A stretch of 62,585 bases of DNA from Candidatus Eiseniibacteriota bacterium. Its GTDB lineage: Bacteria > Joyebacterota > Joyebacteria > Joyebacterales > Joyebacteraceae. Location of the stretch: contig JBDRFG010000088.1 in assembly GCA_043819135.1 (NCBI GenBank), positions 1 through 62,585 on the forward strand, given 5' to 3'. The notes beneath the pieces were generated by a model that saw only the letters and a program-made list of their open reading frames with translations, made no database searches and had not been told where the DNA came from. The translations under genes were made by a program, and so were the position numbers. This document shows positions 37,824-47,310 of this stretch, piece after piece; the first letter of the stretch is position 1, and each line of letters begins with the position of its first letter.

Positions 37824-37875
37824 TTGACGTAGTCGCGCGCTTTGAATAGAATGGACATTACTAAACATATTGTCC
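37824..37875 (+). promoter_or_regulatory. Sigma70 promoter with overlapping candidate TetR operator
   Basis: TTGACG(37824)-N17-TAGAAT(37847), followed immediately by the inverted repeat GGACA-N13-TGTCC (37853-37875). Confidence 0.7.
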
Positions 37876-37924
37876 GATTCGTCTGATAACGGTGCTTGAG
37901 GTGATGAGGGGAAGGAGCGACAAC

Positions 37925-38518
37925 GTGAGCGAGCTGAGTGCAAAGCGGGAGGCGATCCTGGACGTTGCTGCCGGGCTCTTCGCGCGATACGGGATCCGTA
38001 AGACCACGGTCGCAGACATCGTCCGCGAAGCTGGCGTCGCGCGCGCGACGGTCTACAAGTACTTTTCCAGCAAGGAAGATGTCTTCCAGGCGGTGATCGA
38101 CCGAGAGATCCGGGACATGCTCGGCAGGGTGAGGGAGGAAGTGGAGAAGCAGTCGACGACGCGTGACCGACTGAGGGCGGCGGTTCTGACTCACACCATG
38201 GAGATCCGGGAGAGAGTGAACGTTTACCGGCTGACGATGGAGGTCCTGTCGGACGTGATCCCGAGAACGGGGCACGACACGGGGCCAATCGTGAGAGAGG
38301 CGCTCAAGCTCTACGGGTGGATACTCTCCGAGGGCGTGAAGGCCGGAGAGATCGTCGTCGGCGATGTCGAGACGATGGCATGGAGCATCATCCTCGCTTT
38401 CAAGGGCGTGTTCATGATGAGTATGACGGGACACATCGAGGAACGCATGACCGGAGTGATCGACACACTGCTGGACATTATCTGGAACGGACTGAAACCG
38501 CGAGAGGAGACAGCATGA
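37925..38518 (+). CDS. TetR/AcrR family transcriptional regulator
   Basis: ILDVAAGLFARYGIRKTTVADIVREAGVARATVYKYFSSKEDVF. GTG follows AAGGAG. Confidence 0.95.
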   Translation: MSELSAKREAILDVAAGLFARYGIRKTTVADIVREAGVARATVYKYFSSKEDVFQAVIDREIRDMLGRVREEVEKQSTTRDRLRAAVLTHTMEIRERVNVYRLTMEVLSDVIPRTGHDTGPIVREALKLYGWILSEGVKAGEIVVGDVETMAWSIILAFKGVFMMSMTGHIEERMTGVIDTLLDIIWNGLKPREETA

Positions 38519-39963
38519 GGCACGCGAGCACACGTTCTCTGCCGGCTTCTGCCATGAGGCGCGCCGGGCTGACCGCGCTCGCCGTCTGGTTAGCGCTGGG
38601 GTTCCCGAGCGCCTCGTCGGGTGGCGAGACGCTTGAGCTGACGCTCGACGAGGCCGTCGTGGTCGCGCTCGAGCACGGGCACGAGCTGGGAATGGCCGAG
38701 GCGGCCGAGGAGGCCGCGAGGGCGCGGCTCTGGCAGGCGCGCTCGGCGTTCCTGCCGGCCGTGAGCGCCGGCGCCTCGTACACGAGGCTCGACGAGGCCC
38801 CCTACATGGACGGTTCTCAGTTCGGCTCCATGTTCGCGCCGCTCATGGTGCCGTTCGAATATCTGGTCGATCAGGGATACCTCGACCCGTCGACGCTCGA
38901 GGGTCTCTCCGGAGGCACGGGGTCCGACAGGATCTACCTAGGGGATGACGACATCTATTCGGTCGGGGTCACCGTCACGCAGCCGATCTTCACCGGCGGC
39001 GCGCTCCTGAGCGCCAAGGGCGCCGCTGGGCACGGTCTCAGAGCGGCCGAGTACAACACTCTGCGGGCCGAGGACGAGACACGGTACAGCGTGACGCAGG
39101 CTTACGTGATGCTTGTCCGGGCCAACGCGGTTCGCGCGGTGATGGATGGCGCGGTCGCGCAGATGCAGGGGCATCTTGCGGACCTCGAAGCGATGTACGA
39201 GGAGGGCATGCTTCTCGAGCGCGACATCATGCAGGCTCGGGTCCAGATGTCATCGGTCGAGCTGGACCGCAACGCGGCGCGGCACGGCGTGCTCCTCGCC
39301 GGGGCGGCGCTCGCCTTCCAGCTGGGGGTTGAGCCGGGAACACAGATCGAGGCCGTGGATACGCTGGAGCGTCGGCTGCACGTTCCCGGCGAATTAGATG
39401 TCCTCGTGACTACCGCCATGAACGAGCGGCCCGACCTTCTGGCAATGGTGGAGAGCGTTGGGGCCGCCGACAACGTGGTCGGCATGGCCCGCGCAGAGTT
39501 CTTTCCCCACGTAGTGGCGATGGGCAGCTACAACTGGGACCGGCCGGACCGCGAGTACGAGCCGGAGTTCTACGACCACTGGAGCGTGACGCTCGCTGCC
39601 CAGATGAACGTGTTCGATTGGGGCGGTCGCTGGAACAGAGTGCGGGAGGCGAAGGCCACGCGACTCCAGACGGAGCGCGGGCTCAAGCTCATGGAGAGTG
39701 CCGTCCGCCTGGAGGTCGAGCAGAGCTGGTACCTGCACGACGAGGCTATCGAGGCGGTCAGCATCGCCGAACGCGGCGTCGTGCAGGCGCGTGAGAGTTT
39801 CAGGGTCGCTCGGGAGAGCTTCAGGAACGGCGTGTTGACTAACAGCGACGTGCTCGACGCGCAGACCATGCTGTTGACCGCGGAAACGCAGCTCGTCGAC
39901 GCTCGAGCAGGTCTCAGGCTTGCCGAAGCGAGTCTCGAACTGGCCGCGGGGGTAGACCATTGA
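38515..39963 (+). CDS. TolC family outer-membrane efflux protein
   Basis: LTLDEAV..AL, FLP.VS, QPIFTGG, VFDWG; ATGA coupling to tetR. Confidence 0.9.
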   Translation: MRHASTRSLPASAMRRAGLTALAVWLALGFPSASSGGETLELTLDEAVVVALEHGHELGMAEAAEEAARARLWQARSAFLPAVSAGASYTRLDEAPYMDGSQFGSMFAPLMVPFEYLVDQGYLDPSTLEGLSGGTGSDRIYLGDDDIYSVGVTVTQPIFTGGALLSAKGAAGHGLRAAEYNTLRAEDETRYSVTQAYVMLVRANAVRAVMDGAVAQMQGHLADLEAMYEEGMLLERDIMQARVQMSSVELDRNAARHGVLLAGAALAFQLGVEPGTQIEAVDTLERRLHVPGELDVLVTTAMNERPDLLAMVESVGAADNVVGMARAEFFPHVVAMGSYNWDRPDREYEPEFYDHWSVTLAAQMNVFDWGGRWNRVREAKATRLQTERGLKLMESAVRLEVEQSWYLHDEAIEAVSIAERGVVQARESFRVARESFRNGVLTNSDVLDAQTMLLTAETQLVDARAGLRLAEASLELAAGVDH

Positions 39964-39998
39964 GACTCTCACGAGGAACAGATGAAGGAGGACTTGCA

Positions 39999-41051
39999 GT
40001 GACGACTCACAGACTCAGGATCCTCGCGGTCCTTCTGTCGCTCGCGGTGGTCGCTGGCTGCGGGGGGAGTGGCGAAGAGCAGCAGGTCGAGGAGCGCGTG
40101 GTCCCGGTCAGCATCGCGACCGTGGAGATGGTGGAGGTCTCGCCCAGCCTGGAGTTCTCGGGCAGCATCACGGCCTCGCGAGAGGCTTCCGTCGGCGCGA
40201 TGATGAGCGCCCAGGTGAGACGTATGCACGTCGAACCGGGCGACAGGGTGAGCGAGGGTGACCTGATGGTCGAGATGGCCGGGGAGCAGCTCACACAGGC
40301 CGAGGCGCAGTTCGTGTCGGTCCAGAAGGACTGGGAACGCATGACGCGGCTGCTGGACATGGGCGCCGTGACCCAGCAGGCCTTCGACCAGACCAACGCC
40401 GCCTATCAGGCGACCAAGGCGTCCTACGACCTCGTGCGTGAGAGCACGATGATACGTGCTCCCTTCTCGGGTGTAGTGACTGCGACGTACCTGGAAGAAG
40501 GCGAGGTCTTCGTTCTGATGCCGGGTGGCGGGGCATCGTCTCCCGCGATCGTGGAACTCGTTCAGATGGACGAGGTCAAGGTGGAGATATCGGTCTCCGA
40601 GCGCGACCTGCCGGAGATTCGGAAGGGGCTCAAGGCAAAGGTCGAGGTCACGACGTATCCGGATCGCGTCTTCGAGGGAACGGTCAGACTTGTCGAGCCC
40701 ATCATCAGCCCCATGACGCGCACCGCGAAGGCCGAGATAATCATCCCGAACGCCGGAGAGCTTCTTCGTCCCGGGATGTTCGCGCACCTGACACTTGAGC
40801 TAGCACCGCGCGACGTGCTTCTCGTTACGCACGACGGCGTCCTGCAGCAGGAGGGGACCGGCCGCTACTTCTCGATGCTCCTCGATGACGGGCACGCGAG
40901 ACGCGTCGATGTCGTTCTGGGCAACGCGGTCGGGGAGCACCGTGAGGTGCTGAGCGGCCTCGAGGACGGACAGACCGTCATTACGACCGGTCGATACCGG
41001 CTTCCGGACGGCGCGAAGGTAGCGATCCGGCAGGAGGAGGGTGATCGATGA
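39999..41051 (+). CDS. RND efflux periplasmic adaptor (lipoprotein)
   Basis: Lipobox VAGC, IRAPFSGVV, LRPGMFA. Confidence 0.92.
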   Translation: MTTHRLRILAVLLSLAVVAGCGGSGEEQQVEERVVPVSIATVEMVEVSPSLEFSGSITASREASVGAMMSAQVRRMHVEPGDRVSEGDLMVEMAGEQLTQAEAQFVSVQKDWERMTRLLDMGAVTQQAFDQTNAAYQATKASYDLVRESTMIRAPFSGVVTATYLEEGEVFVLMPGGGASSPAIVELVQMDEVKVEISVSERDLPEIRKGLKAKVEVTTYPDRVFEGTVRLVEPIISPMTRTAKAEIIIPNAGELLRPGMFAHLTLELAPRDVLLVTHDGVLQQEGTGRYFSMLLDDGHARRVDVVLGNAVGEHREVLSGLEDGQTVITTGRYRLPDGAKVAIRQEEGDR

Positions 41052-44000
41052 ACCTTCCACAGCTGGCAGTACGCCGTCCCGTCACGGTCTTCATGGTCTA
41101 TCTTGCGGTCGCGCTGTTCGGTCTTCTCGCCGTCACGCGGATGCCCATCGATCTGTACCCTGACATGGAGTTCCCCAACCTGGCCGTGATCACGCTCTAC
41201 CCGGGGGCCGGCTCCGAGGACGTCGAGAACGGCGTCACCGAGGCTCTCGAAGATGCGGTCGCGACCGTGAGCGGGATAGACAAGATCACATCAGTCTCTC
41301 AGAGCAACATGTCGGTCGTCATGGCCAGCTTCGAGTGGGGCACGAACCTCGACGAGGTCTCGAACGACATCCGCTCCGCGATCGAGATGGCAAGGGACGA
41401 CCTTCCCGATGGCGCGGAGGCGCCTCGGCTGCTCAAGCTGAGCGCGGACATGGCGCCCGTCGTCGTGCTCGCCGTCAGCGCCAACGAGAGCTACGAGAGC
41501 CTGAACTACATCGTCGAGAACGAAATAGGCAACAAGCTCAGACGAGTCCCGGGCGTCGCGCTCGTGAGCGTGATGGGCGGGCCGAAGCGCCAGATCGAGG
41601 TCCGGATCGATCCGCAGAGGCTTCACGCGTACGGGATCTCCCTCGAGCAGATCGGCCGGATCCTCGCGGCCGAGAACCTGGATTTCCCGGTCGGCACGAT
41701 CGACCAGGGTGACTCCGAGGTCTCGATCCGGGTTCCCGGGGAGTTCGACGAGCTCGAGCAGATCGAGCGGACCGTCGTCGGGCAGTACAACGGCGCGCTC
41801 GTCCATCTAGGAGATGTCGGCGACGTCGTCGATGACTTCGCCGACCAGACGATGCACGCGCGATCGAACAACCGTCCGGGCGTCATCGTGTACATGCAGA
41901 AGCAGTCGGGCGCCAACAGCGTCGAGGTGGCGACCGCCATCAAGGCGGAGCTTGAGCGCATCAAGCCGACACTGCCGCCCGATGTCGAGATCGAGCTTCC
42001 GATGGACTCGTCGGAGTCGATCCAGAACTCCCTCTCAACGCTCGTCACAGCCGTGCTCTACGGATTCATGGCCGTTCTTCTGGTCGTGCTTGCCTTCCTG
42101 AGGAGGATGCGCAGCACGGTCGTCGTTGGCATCACCATCCCTGTCTCGTTCCTCGTCGTGCTCATCTTCATGAACGCGATGGGGTACACGTTCAACTCGA
42201 TCAGTCTGATGAGTCTGGCCATTGCGATCGGACTTGTTGTTGACGCATCCGTCGTGGTTCTTGAGAACATCACGCGCCACGTCGAGGCCGGAGAGCGCGT
42301 CAGCGAGGCGTCGATCTACGCGCCGTCCGAGGTGGGGCAGGCCCTCATGGCCTCCGCTCTAACGACGATCGCCGTGTTCATTCCCATGATCTTCGCGACC
42401 GGCATCGTCGGGGTCATGTTCAACCAGCTGGCTCTCATCGTGGTGGTCACGATCGCAGCGTCGCTCGGGGTGGCACTGACGCTGACGCCGGCGCTCACCT
42501 CGACGTTCATGCGACGGTCGTTCGATGTGCGGGAGAGCAAGGGGTTCTTCAAGCGCGGCGAGCAGGTGCTGCGGAACATCGAGACATGGTACGCAGCGAG
42601 GCTCAAGAGCGCGCTCGCGCACAAGGGACGCGTTGTCATTGGGGCCGTTGTTATCTTCGTTCTCACGATGATGCTCACGGGGTCCCTCGGGACCGAGTTC
42701 TACCCGGAGGAGGACGGCGGCTATGTCAGCGCACTCATCGAACTCGCGCCCGGCACGCGCCTGGAGCGCACCGTCGAGGTCATGAGCGGCGTGTCGGCGT
42801 TCGTCGAGGAGAACATCCCGGAGCGGGAGCACTACTTCTTCCGAAGCGGCCAGACCGAGAGCGGTTTCTCCGCGCTGGTGGGAGAGAAGGAGGGGCCCAA
42901 CGTCGCCGAGGTCGGCGTCAAGCTGGTCAAGAAGAAGGAGAGGAGCAGGAGTAGCCACGAGATCAGCGAGGAGTTCCGACGCTACGTCAACACGATACCG
43001 GGAGTCCTCAGTCTGGAGGTCTCGGGCGGCAACCCGATGGGCGACGCCATGAGTGGTGGCGCGGCCGTCGAGATCGAGGTCTACGGCAACGACCTGGCGG
43101 AGCTCAACAAGGCGGCCGAGGACATCCGCGACGCCGTGCAGGCCATAGAAGGCTTGCGCGATGTGCGCCTCGACCGCGGCGAGCCGCTGCCCGAGCTTCA
43201 CGTCGTCATCGACCGCGAGAAGGCCGCGTCTCTCGGCGTCAACACGGCTATCGTGGCCTCCGCACTTCGCTCTCAGGTGTACGGTCTGGAGGCGACGCGG
43301 TTCAGCGGAAAAGGAGAGGAGTGGAACATCCTGCTCCGGGCCACTGAGGACGGACGAACCGATGCTGAGGACATCCTCGCCCTCCCGATAACGACGCTCA
43401 GGGGGGAGACCATCACGCTGGCGGCCGTGGCCGAGCTTGTGCCGGGCACGGGACCGACGGTCATCAACCGCCTGGACCAGCAGCGCATCGTCAAGGTGCT
43501 GTCCGACCTCTACGGGACGAGGCTGAACGTCGTGAAACCGCTCATCGAAGCTGAGATAGCGGAGCTGGACCTCCCGGCGGGCATCGACGTCGCGTTCGGT
43601 GGGAACATAGAGGAGCAGGCCGAGTCGTTCAAGGATCTCACGCTGCTGCTTGTGCTCGCAATCGCGCTCGTATACATAGTGATGGCCGCGCAGTTCCAGA
43701 CCTTCCGGGGGCCGTTCATCATCATGTTCTCGATCCCGTTCGCGTTCGTTGGGGTCATCTGGGCGTTCCTCGTGACCGGCACGACACTGAACATGATCTC
43801 GTTCGTCGGCATGATCATGCTCATGGGCATCGTCGTCAACAATGCCATCGTCCTCGTCGACTACACTAACATCATGCGGAAGCGAGGCCAGAGCATCCGC
43901 GAGGCGCTCATGACAGCGGGCCAGCGCAGGCTCAGGCCGGTGCTCATGACCGCGTCGACGACGATGTTCGGGATGTTGCCGCTCGCTCTCTCACGGGGCG

Positions 44001-44140
44001 AGGGCGCCGAGTCGTGGAACCCGCTGGGGATCGCCATGATCGGCGGGCTGCTCGTGTCGACGGTCGTCACGCTCGTCCTCGTGCCGGTCCTCTACGGCAT
44101 CTTTGAGGGACGAAGCGAGAGACAGGGGGTGGAAGCGTGA
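41048..44140 (+). CDS. RND efflux permease (AcrB/HAE family)
   Basis: RRPVT, IGLVVDASVVVLENI, GIVVNNAIVLVD, RLRPVLMT. Confidence 0.95.
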   Translation: MNLPQLAVRRPVTVFMVYLAVALFGLLAVTRMPIDLYPDMEFPNLAVITLYPGAGSEDVENGVTEALEDAVATVSGIDKITSVSQSNMSVVMASFEWGTNLDEVSNDIRSAIEMARDDLPDGAEAPRLLKLSADMAPVVVLAVSANESYESLNYIVENEIGNKLRRVPGVALVSVMGGPKRQIEVRIDPQRLHAYGISLEQIGRILAAENLDFPVGTIDQGDSEVSIRVPGEFDELEQIERTVVGQYNGALVHLGDVGDVVDDFADQTMHARSNNRPGVIVYMQKQSGANSVEVATAIKAELERIKPTLPPDVEIELPMDSSESIQNSLSTLVTAVLYGFMAVLLVVLAFLRRMRSTVVVGITIPVSFLVVLIFMNAMGYTFNSISLMSLAIAIGLVVDASVVVLENITRHVEAGERVSEASIYAPSEVGQALMASALTTIAVFIPMIFATGIVGVMFNQLALIVVVTIAASLGVALTLTPALTSTFMRRSFDVRESKGFFKRGEQVLRNIETWYAARLKSALAHKGRVVIGAVVIFVLTMMLTGSLGTEFYPEEDGGYVSALIELAPGTRLERTVEVMSGVSAFVEENIPEREHYFFRSGQTESGFSALVGEKEGPNVAEVGVKLVKKKERSRSSHEISEEFRRYVNTIPGVLSLEVSGGNPMGDAMSGGAAVEIEVYGNDLAELNKAAEDIRDAVQAIEGLRDVRLDRGEPLPELHVVIDREKAASLGVNTAIVASALRSQVYGLEATRFSGKGEEWNILLRATEDGRTDAEDILALPITTLRGETITLAAVAELVPGTGPTVINRLDQQRIVKVLSDLYGTRLNVVKPLIEAEIAELDLPAGIDVAFGGNIEEQAESFKDLTLLLVLAIALVYIVMAAQFQTFRGPFIIMFSIPFAFVGVIWAFLVTGTTLNMISFVGMIMLMGIVVNNAIVLVDYTNIMRKRGQSIREALMTAGQRRLRPVLMTASTTMFGMLPLALSRGEGAESWNPLGIAMIGGLLVSTVVTLVLVPVLYGIFEGRSERQGVEA

Positions 44141-44469
44141 AGCTGGTCTTCATGACGTACTACGTGGGCATGCACCGGGACGTGCGCGAGATCCTCGATA
44201 GCTGTGGCATCGCGAGCTACACGCACTGGGACGAAGTTACGGGTCGGCTGAGCTGCGGGGAGCCGAGGGAGGGCACCGACGTTTGGCCGGGCTACAACAC
44301 CGCGCTCCAGGCCGTGCTGCGCGATGAGACCGCGGAGAAGCTCACCGCGGCGATACGTGAATACAACGCCGCTCAGCGGGGTGACGAGCGGATCGACGCG
44401 TGCTTCCTCGAGGTACACTCTGTCATCAGGGCCGCGGACGAGTTCTCCGACGGCAGCACCGGCCAGTGA
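44137..44469 (+). CDS. PII-like transporter-associated protein (PG0541-like)
   Basis: YTHWDEVTGR..GEPREGTDVWPGYN motif; coupled to the RND gene by GTGA. Confidence 0.75.
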   Translation: MKLVFMTYYVGMHRDVREILDSCGIASYTHWDEVTGRLSCGEPREGTDVWPGYNTALQAVLRDETAEKLTAAIREYNAAQRGDERIDACFLEVHSVIRAADEFSDGSTGQ

Positions 44470-44515
44470 GACGGGACGAGCAAGTCCTGGTGCCGCGTGC
44501 ATGGTACCCGAGAGC

Positions 44516-44546
44516 GACGGAGGGGGGCCAGAAGCCCCCCTCCGTC
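44516..44546. terminator. Hairpin between convergent genes
   Basis: GACGGAGGGGGG-ccagaag-CCCCCCTCCGTC. Confidence 0.7.
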
Positions 44547-44608
44547 TGCATCTGCAAACCCTGTCGGCCGTCCGAGCGGTTCATCTTGCGGAGACGGTCC
44601 CGCGTGGT

Positions 44609-45745
44609 CTACTTGAACGGCTCCGTTCGACACGAAGGGTCGACCTCGCCCGGCTCTTCCGGGTACTCCTCGAACAGGCGCCCCCACGGGCTCTCTCGCT
44701 TCCACTTCTCCACGACGGGGACACCGTTCTTCGGATACCAGAACTTGTCGTGGTAGGTCTCGCTCGCGAAGATGAACATTTTGACGATGGGCGTCTGGAA
44801 GAGGAGCTTCTGGAAGATCCTGAGCGGCGACCGCCACAGCAGCATGCCGGCTCCTGTGCCGAGATTGACACCCACCTTGAATCCCCACCGCTCGTCGGCC
44901 AGTTTGGGCTGGCCCGCGACCTCGATCTCGGCCGGGTTGCCCTGGCCGAGCCCGCGCTCCGTCGCGTGGGCGATGTAGTCGATACTCATCGGATCGAATC
45001 CCATCATCTGCGCCGCCACGGCGTCGATTGCCACCTGGTCGGAGGATGCCAGGATCACATCCTTCTGGTGGGGGATGAGAGTCCGCGGACCGGGGCCGCT
45101 GCCGGCCGTCGTCCCGTCCATGGTGCAGAAGACCCCCGTGTGGATCTCCTTCTGAATGGCCAGCAAGTCGACGATGGTGTCGTGTATCCACGTGTGGGTC
45201 ATGTGGCGGTTGACGTTCAGCAGGCCGCCGAAGGCATTTTTGAGCGCGCCGGTGGTGACCGTGTAGCTGTGGGTCTTTACGGTCGGCAGGTGGACGATGT
45301 TCTTGCCGAAGAAATAGTCGGGCAGATAGATGCCGTCCGGGAAGACCTTGTCGAGCACCGCCATCTTCGTCTTCGGTGTGTGTTTGACCCACGTCATGTC
45401 CTTGGGCTCGAAGTTGTACTTCTTGGGCACGCCGTGTTTCTGCAGGACGGGGCCGAACTTGTTGTAGCGGTCGCCCAGGTCGCAGATGGTCACGACGGTC
45501 TTGTTGTGAACATCGACGAGATCCTGGAAGCCGGCCTGCCGCAGGGCCAGTATCGTGCCCTCGAGCTGCCAGGGCGTCGTGTTCGAGCCCGGGTACATCA
45601 GGTGCCAGCTGATGTTGTCCTTGAGGATGGTCGTCGTGGACGCGTCCAGCGCGTCCTTCATGTCGGCCAGCTCGCAGAGACGCGCGTAGTCGTCCAGCAC
45701 TGTCTCCGGGGTTGTTCTCAGGACCGCGACCTTCGACTTCGACAC
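44609..45745 (-). CDS. DUF362 domain protein
   Basis: ILKDNISWH, LPTVKTH, TGALKNAFG, DGT..G.GP, SSDQVAIDAV. Confidence 0.85.
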   Translation of the reverse strand: MSKSKVAVLRTTPETVLDDYARLCELADMKDALDASTTTILKDNISWHLMYPGSNTTPWQLEGTILALRQAGFQDLVDVHNKTVVTICDLGDRYNKFGPVLQKHGVPKKYNFEPKDMTWVKHTPKTKMAVLDKVFPDGIYLPDYFFGKNIVHLPTVKTHSYTVTTGALKNAFGGLLNVNRHMTHTWIHDTIVDLLAIQKEIHTGVFCTMDGTTAGSGPGPRTLIPHQKDVILASSDQVAIDAVAAQMMGFDPMSIDYIAHATERGLGQGNPAEIEVAGQPKLADERWGFKVGVNLGTGAGMLLWRSPLRIFQKLLFQTPIVKMFIFASETYHDKFWYPKNGVPVVEKWKRESPWGRLFEEYPEEPGEVDPSCRTEPFK

Positions 45746-46099
45746 GTGTGTTCTCCGCGTTGGAACCAAGACTGAACGCACACTCCGTATCAGACTATCA
45801 GACATGCGCTTTCGTGACAACCGCCTGCAGATGCGATTCCCGCTGTTCGTGGACCGGAAGAACGCCGATTGGTCCCTCAATCACCCGGTTCCGGGCTGTC
45901 ACGGGACGAGGGCGGGGCTTGACTCTTGCAGGGCGAGGTGCAGAATGAGAAGTGTTGCGCACGGCCTTTCCTCGGCCGCGCGCGTGACTGTAACAGTCGG
46001 TACGTGATGGCCTGGCACCGGTCCCTCGGAGCGCCGTCACGTACGGTGAGGCCGACCTCGTGGGCGGGGCGACCGGCCTCGCAGGAGAGGAGGAGGATC

Positions 46100-46918
46100 G
46101 TGACGACAAGAGCGATGTACCTCGTGTGTGCGATTGTCGCGCTCATGCTCGTGCCGTCGGCCGGGCTATGCGGCGACTTCGGCGACGCGCCGGAGGACGG
46201 CATTGCCTATCCGTGGCTTGCTGTCGTGGGCACGTTCCCGACGTGTCTCGGAGGCTCCGCAGCCTACGTCTCACACAGCGCGCTCGGCTGGTCCCAGTTC
46301 CCGGGCTCGGGCACTCCTCAGGCAGCTTTCGACGTCGAGGCCGACGGGAACGCCGGCCTGTGCGCGGGCGTGACGTTTCCGCTCTACGACCAGGACGAGT
46401 GCTACCAGGATGGTGACGCCGGTCTCGGTCTCCCACCGGCGTACACCATCGATAACCTGGGCAACATCGTTCCCTGCACGACGACCGGGTCGCTCGCAGC
46501 GGCATGCGCGACGGCCGTCTGGGGCGTCGACATTGACATGTCGATCATGAATACGATGCCCGTGGTCGGGTACTTCAACGCGCTCGCGGACTGGGATCAC
46601 TCGGGCTCCTGGAGCGGGTCATCGAGCTGTCCCGGTGTGGGCACCGCGTTCGAGCACTTCGCCGTCGACGTTCCGGTGCCCATAGGATACAACGGCACGG
46701 TTTCGGGGCTTCCCAACATCATGCCGTTTCTGGTGGGCCCCAACGACCTGCACGTCTGGTTCAGATTCACGGTGAGTGAATCCCAAGTCGGCGCCGGCTG
46801 GGACGGTTCAGGTATCTTCGAGGACGGAGAGACCGAGGACTACCTGCTTCTCATAGCGCCCGACAGCCCCGTCAATACGGCGAGCTGGGGCGCTATCAAG
46901 GCGCTCTTCCGTCCGTAG
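46100..46918 (+). CDS. Secreted GEVED-domain protein with C-terminal SWGAIKALFR tail
   Basis: Signal peptide, DFGDAP, DWDHSGSW, WFRF, DGETEDY; ends SPVNTASWGAIKALFRP. GTG follows GGAGGAGG. Confidence 0.78.
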   Translation: MTTRAMYLVCAIVALMLVPSAGLCGDFGDAPEDGIAYPWLAVVGTFPTCLGGSAAYVSHSALGWSQFPGSGTPQAAFDVEADGNAGLCAGVTFPLYDQDECYQDGDAGLGLPPAYTIDNLGNIVPCTTTGSLAAACATAVWGVDIDMSIMNTMPVVGYFNALADWDHSGSWSGSSSCPGVGTAFEHFAVDVPVPIGYNGTVSGLPNIMPFLVGPNDLHVWFRFTVSESQVGAGWDGSGIFEDGETEDYLLLIAPDSPVNTASWGAIKALFRP

Positions 46919-47008
46919 CAGCGCACGTCGGCGTACGTCGGCGCCGGGCGGAAGTTCCCCGGTCCGTGCGGGTGCGCGGGCTCAGGCGTGGACCGGCGGG
47001 GACAAACG

Positions 47009-47047
47009 AGAGGCGGCCCGCTTCACGCGGGCCGCCTCTTTCTTCTC
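47009..47047. terminator. Bidirectional terminator between the GEVED gene and tRNA-Leu
   Basis: AGAGGCGGCCCGC-ttcac-GCGGGCCGCCTCT-tttcttct. Confidence 0.8.
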
Positions 47048-47135
47048 TGGTGCCGAAGGGGGGACTCGAACCCCCACAGGGACTAGCCCCACTGCGCCCT
47101 GAACGCAGCGCGTCTACCAATTCCACCACTTCGGC
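47048..47135 (-). tRNA. tRNA-Leu(CAG)
   Basis: GCCGAAGTGGTGGAATTGGTAGACGCGCTGCGTT-CAG-GGCGCAG...GGGGGTTCGAGTCCCCCCTTCGGCACCA; long variable arm. Confidence 0.97.
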
Positions 47136-47152
47136 ATAGTTCAAGCCTCCGA

Positions 47153-47250
47153 AGTCTAGCCCGCTGCTCGGGCCAAGTCAACCCGAAAGGGGGGTCTGGG
47201 GCCCGCCCCGGGTGTTGGGTTTGTAAATCCCAGATCCGCGGGTGTATGAT
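47153..47250. promoter_or_regulatory. Divergent promoters for tRNA-Leu and def
   Basis: Minus strand TTGACT-N17-TAGACT (47181-47153); plus strand TTGTAA-N18-TATGAT (47221-47250). Confidence 0.6.
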
Positions 47251-47310
47251 GAAACACAACTGGCCTGAGTCTGCGGCGTCTCCGGCGCCGCAGGGGCGGA
47301 GGAGACGGCC

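Noticed and set aside
37697..38533. N-terminal 280 aa of the 665-aa permease ORF
   Set aside because: Overlaps tetR and its promoter in antisense. An RBS and a TTGCGG-N17-TATGCT promoter support a start at 37696.
47048..47135. tRNA-Leu as an integration site of a genomic island
   Set aside because: No integrase and no duplicated tRNA 3' end noticed in the window.
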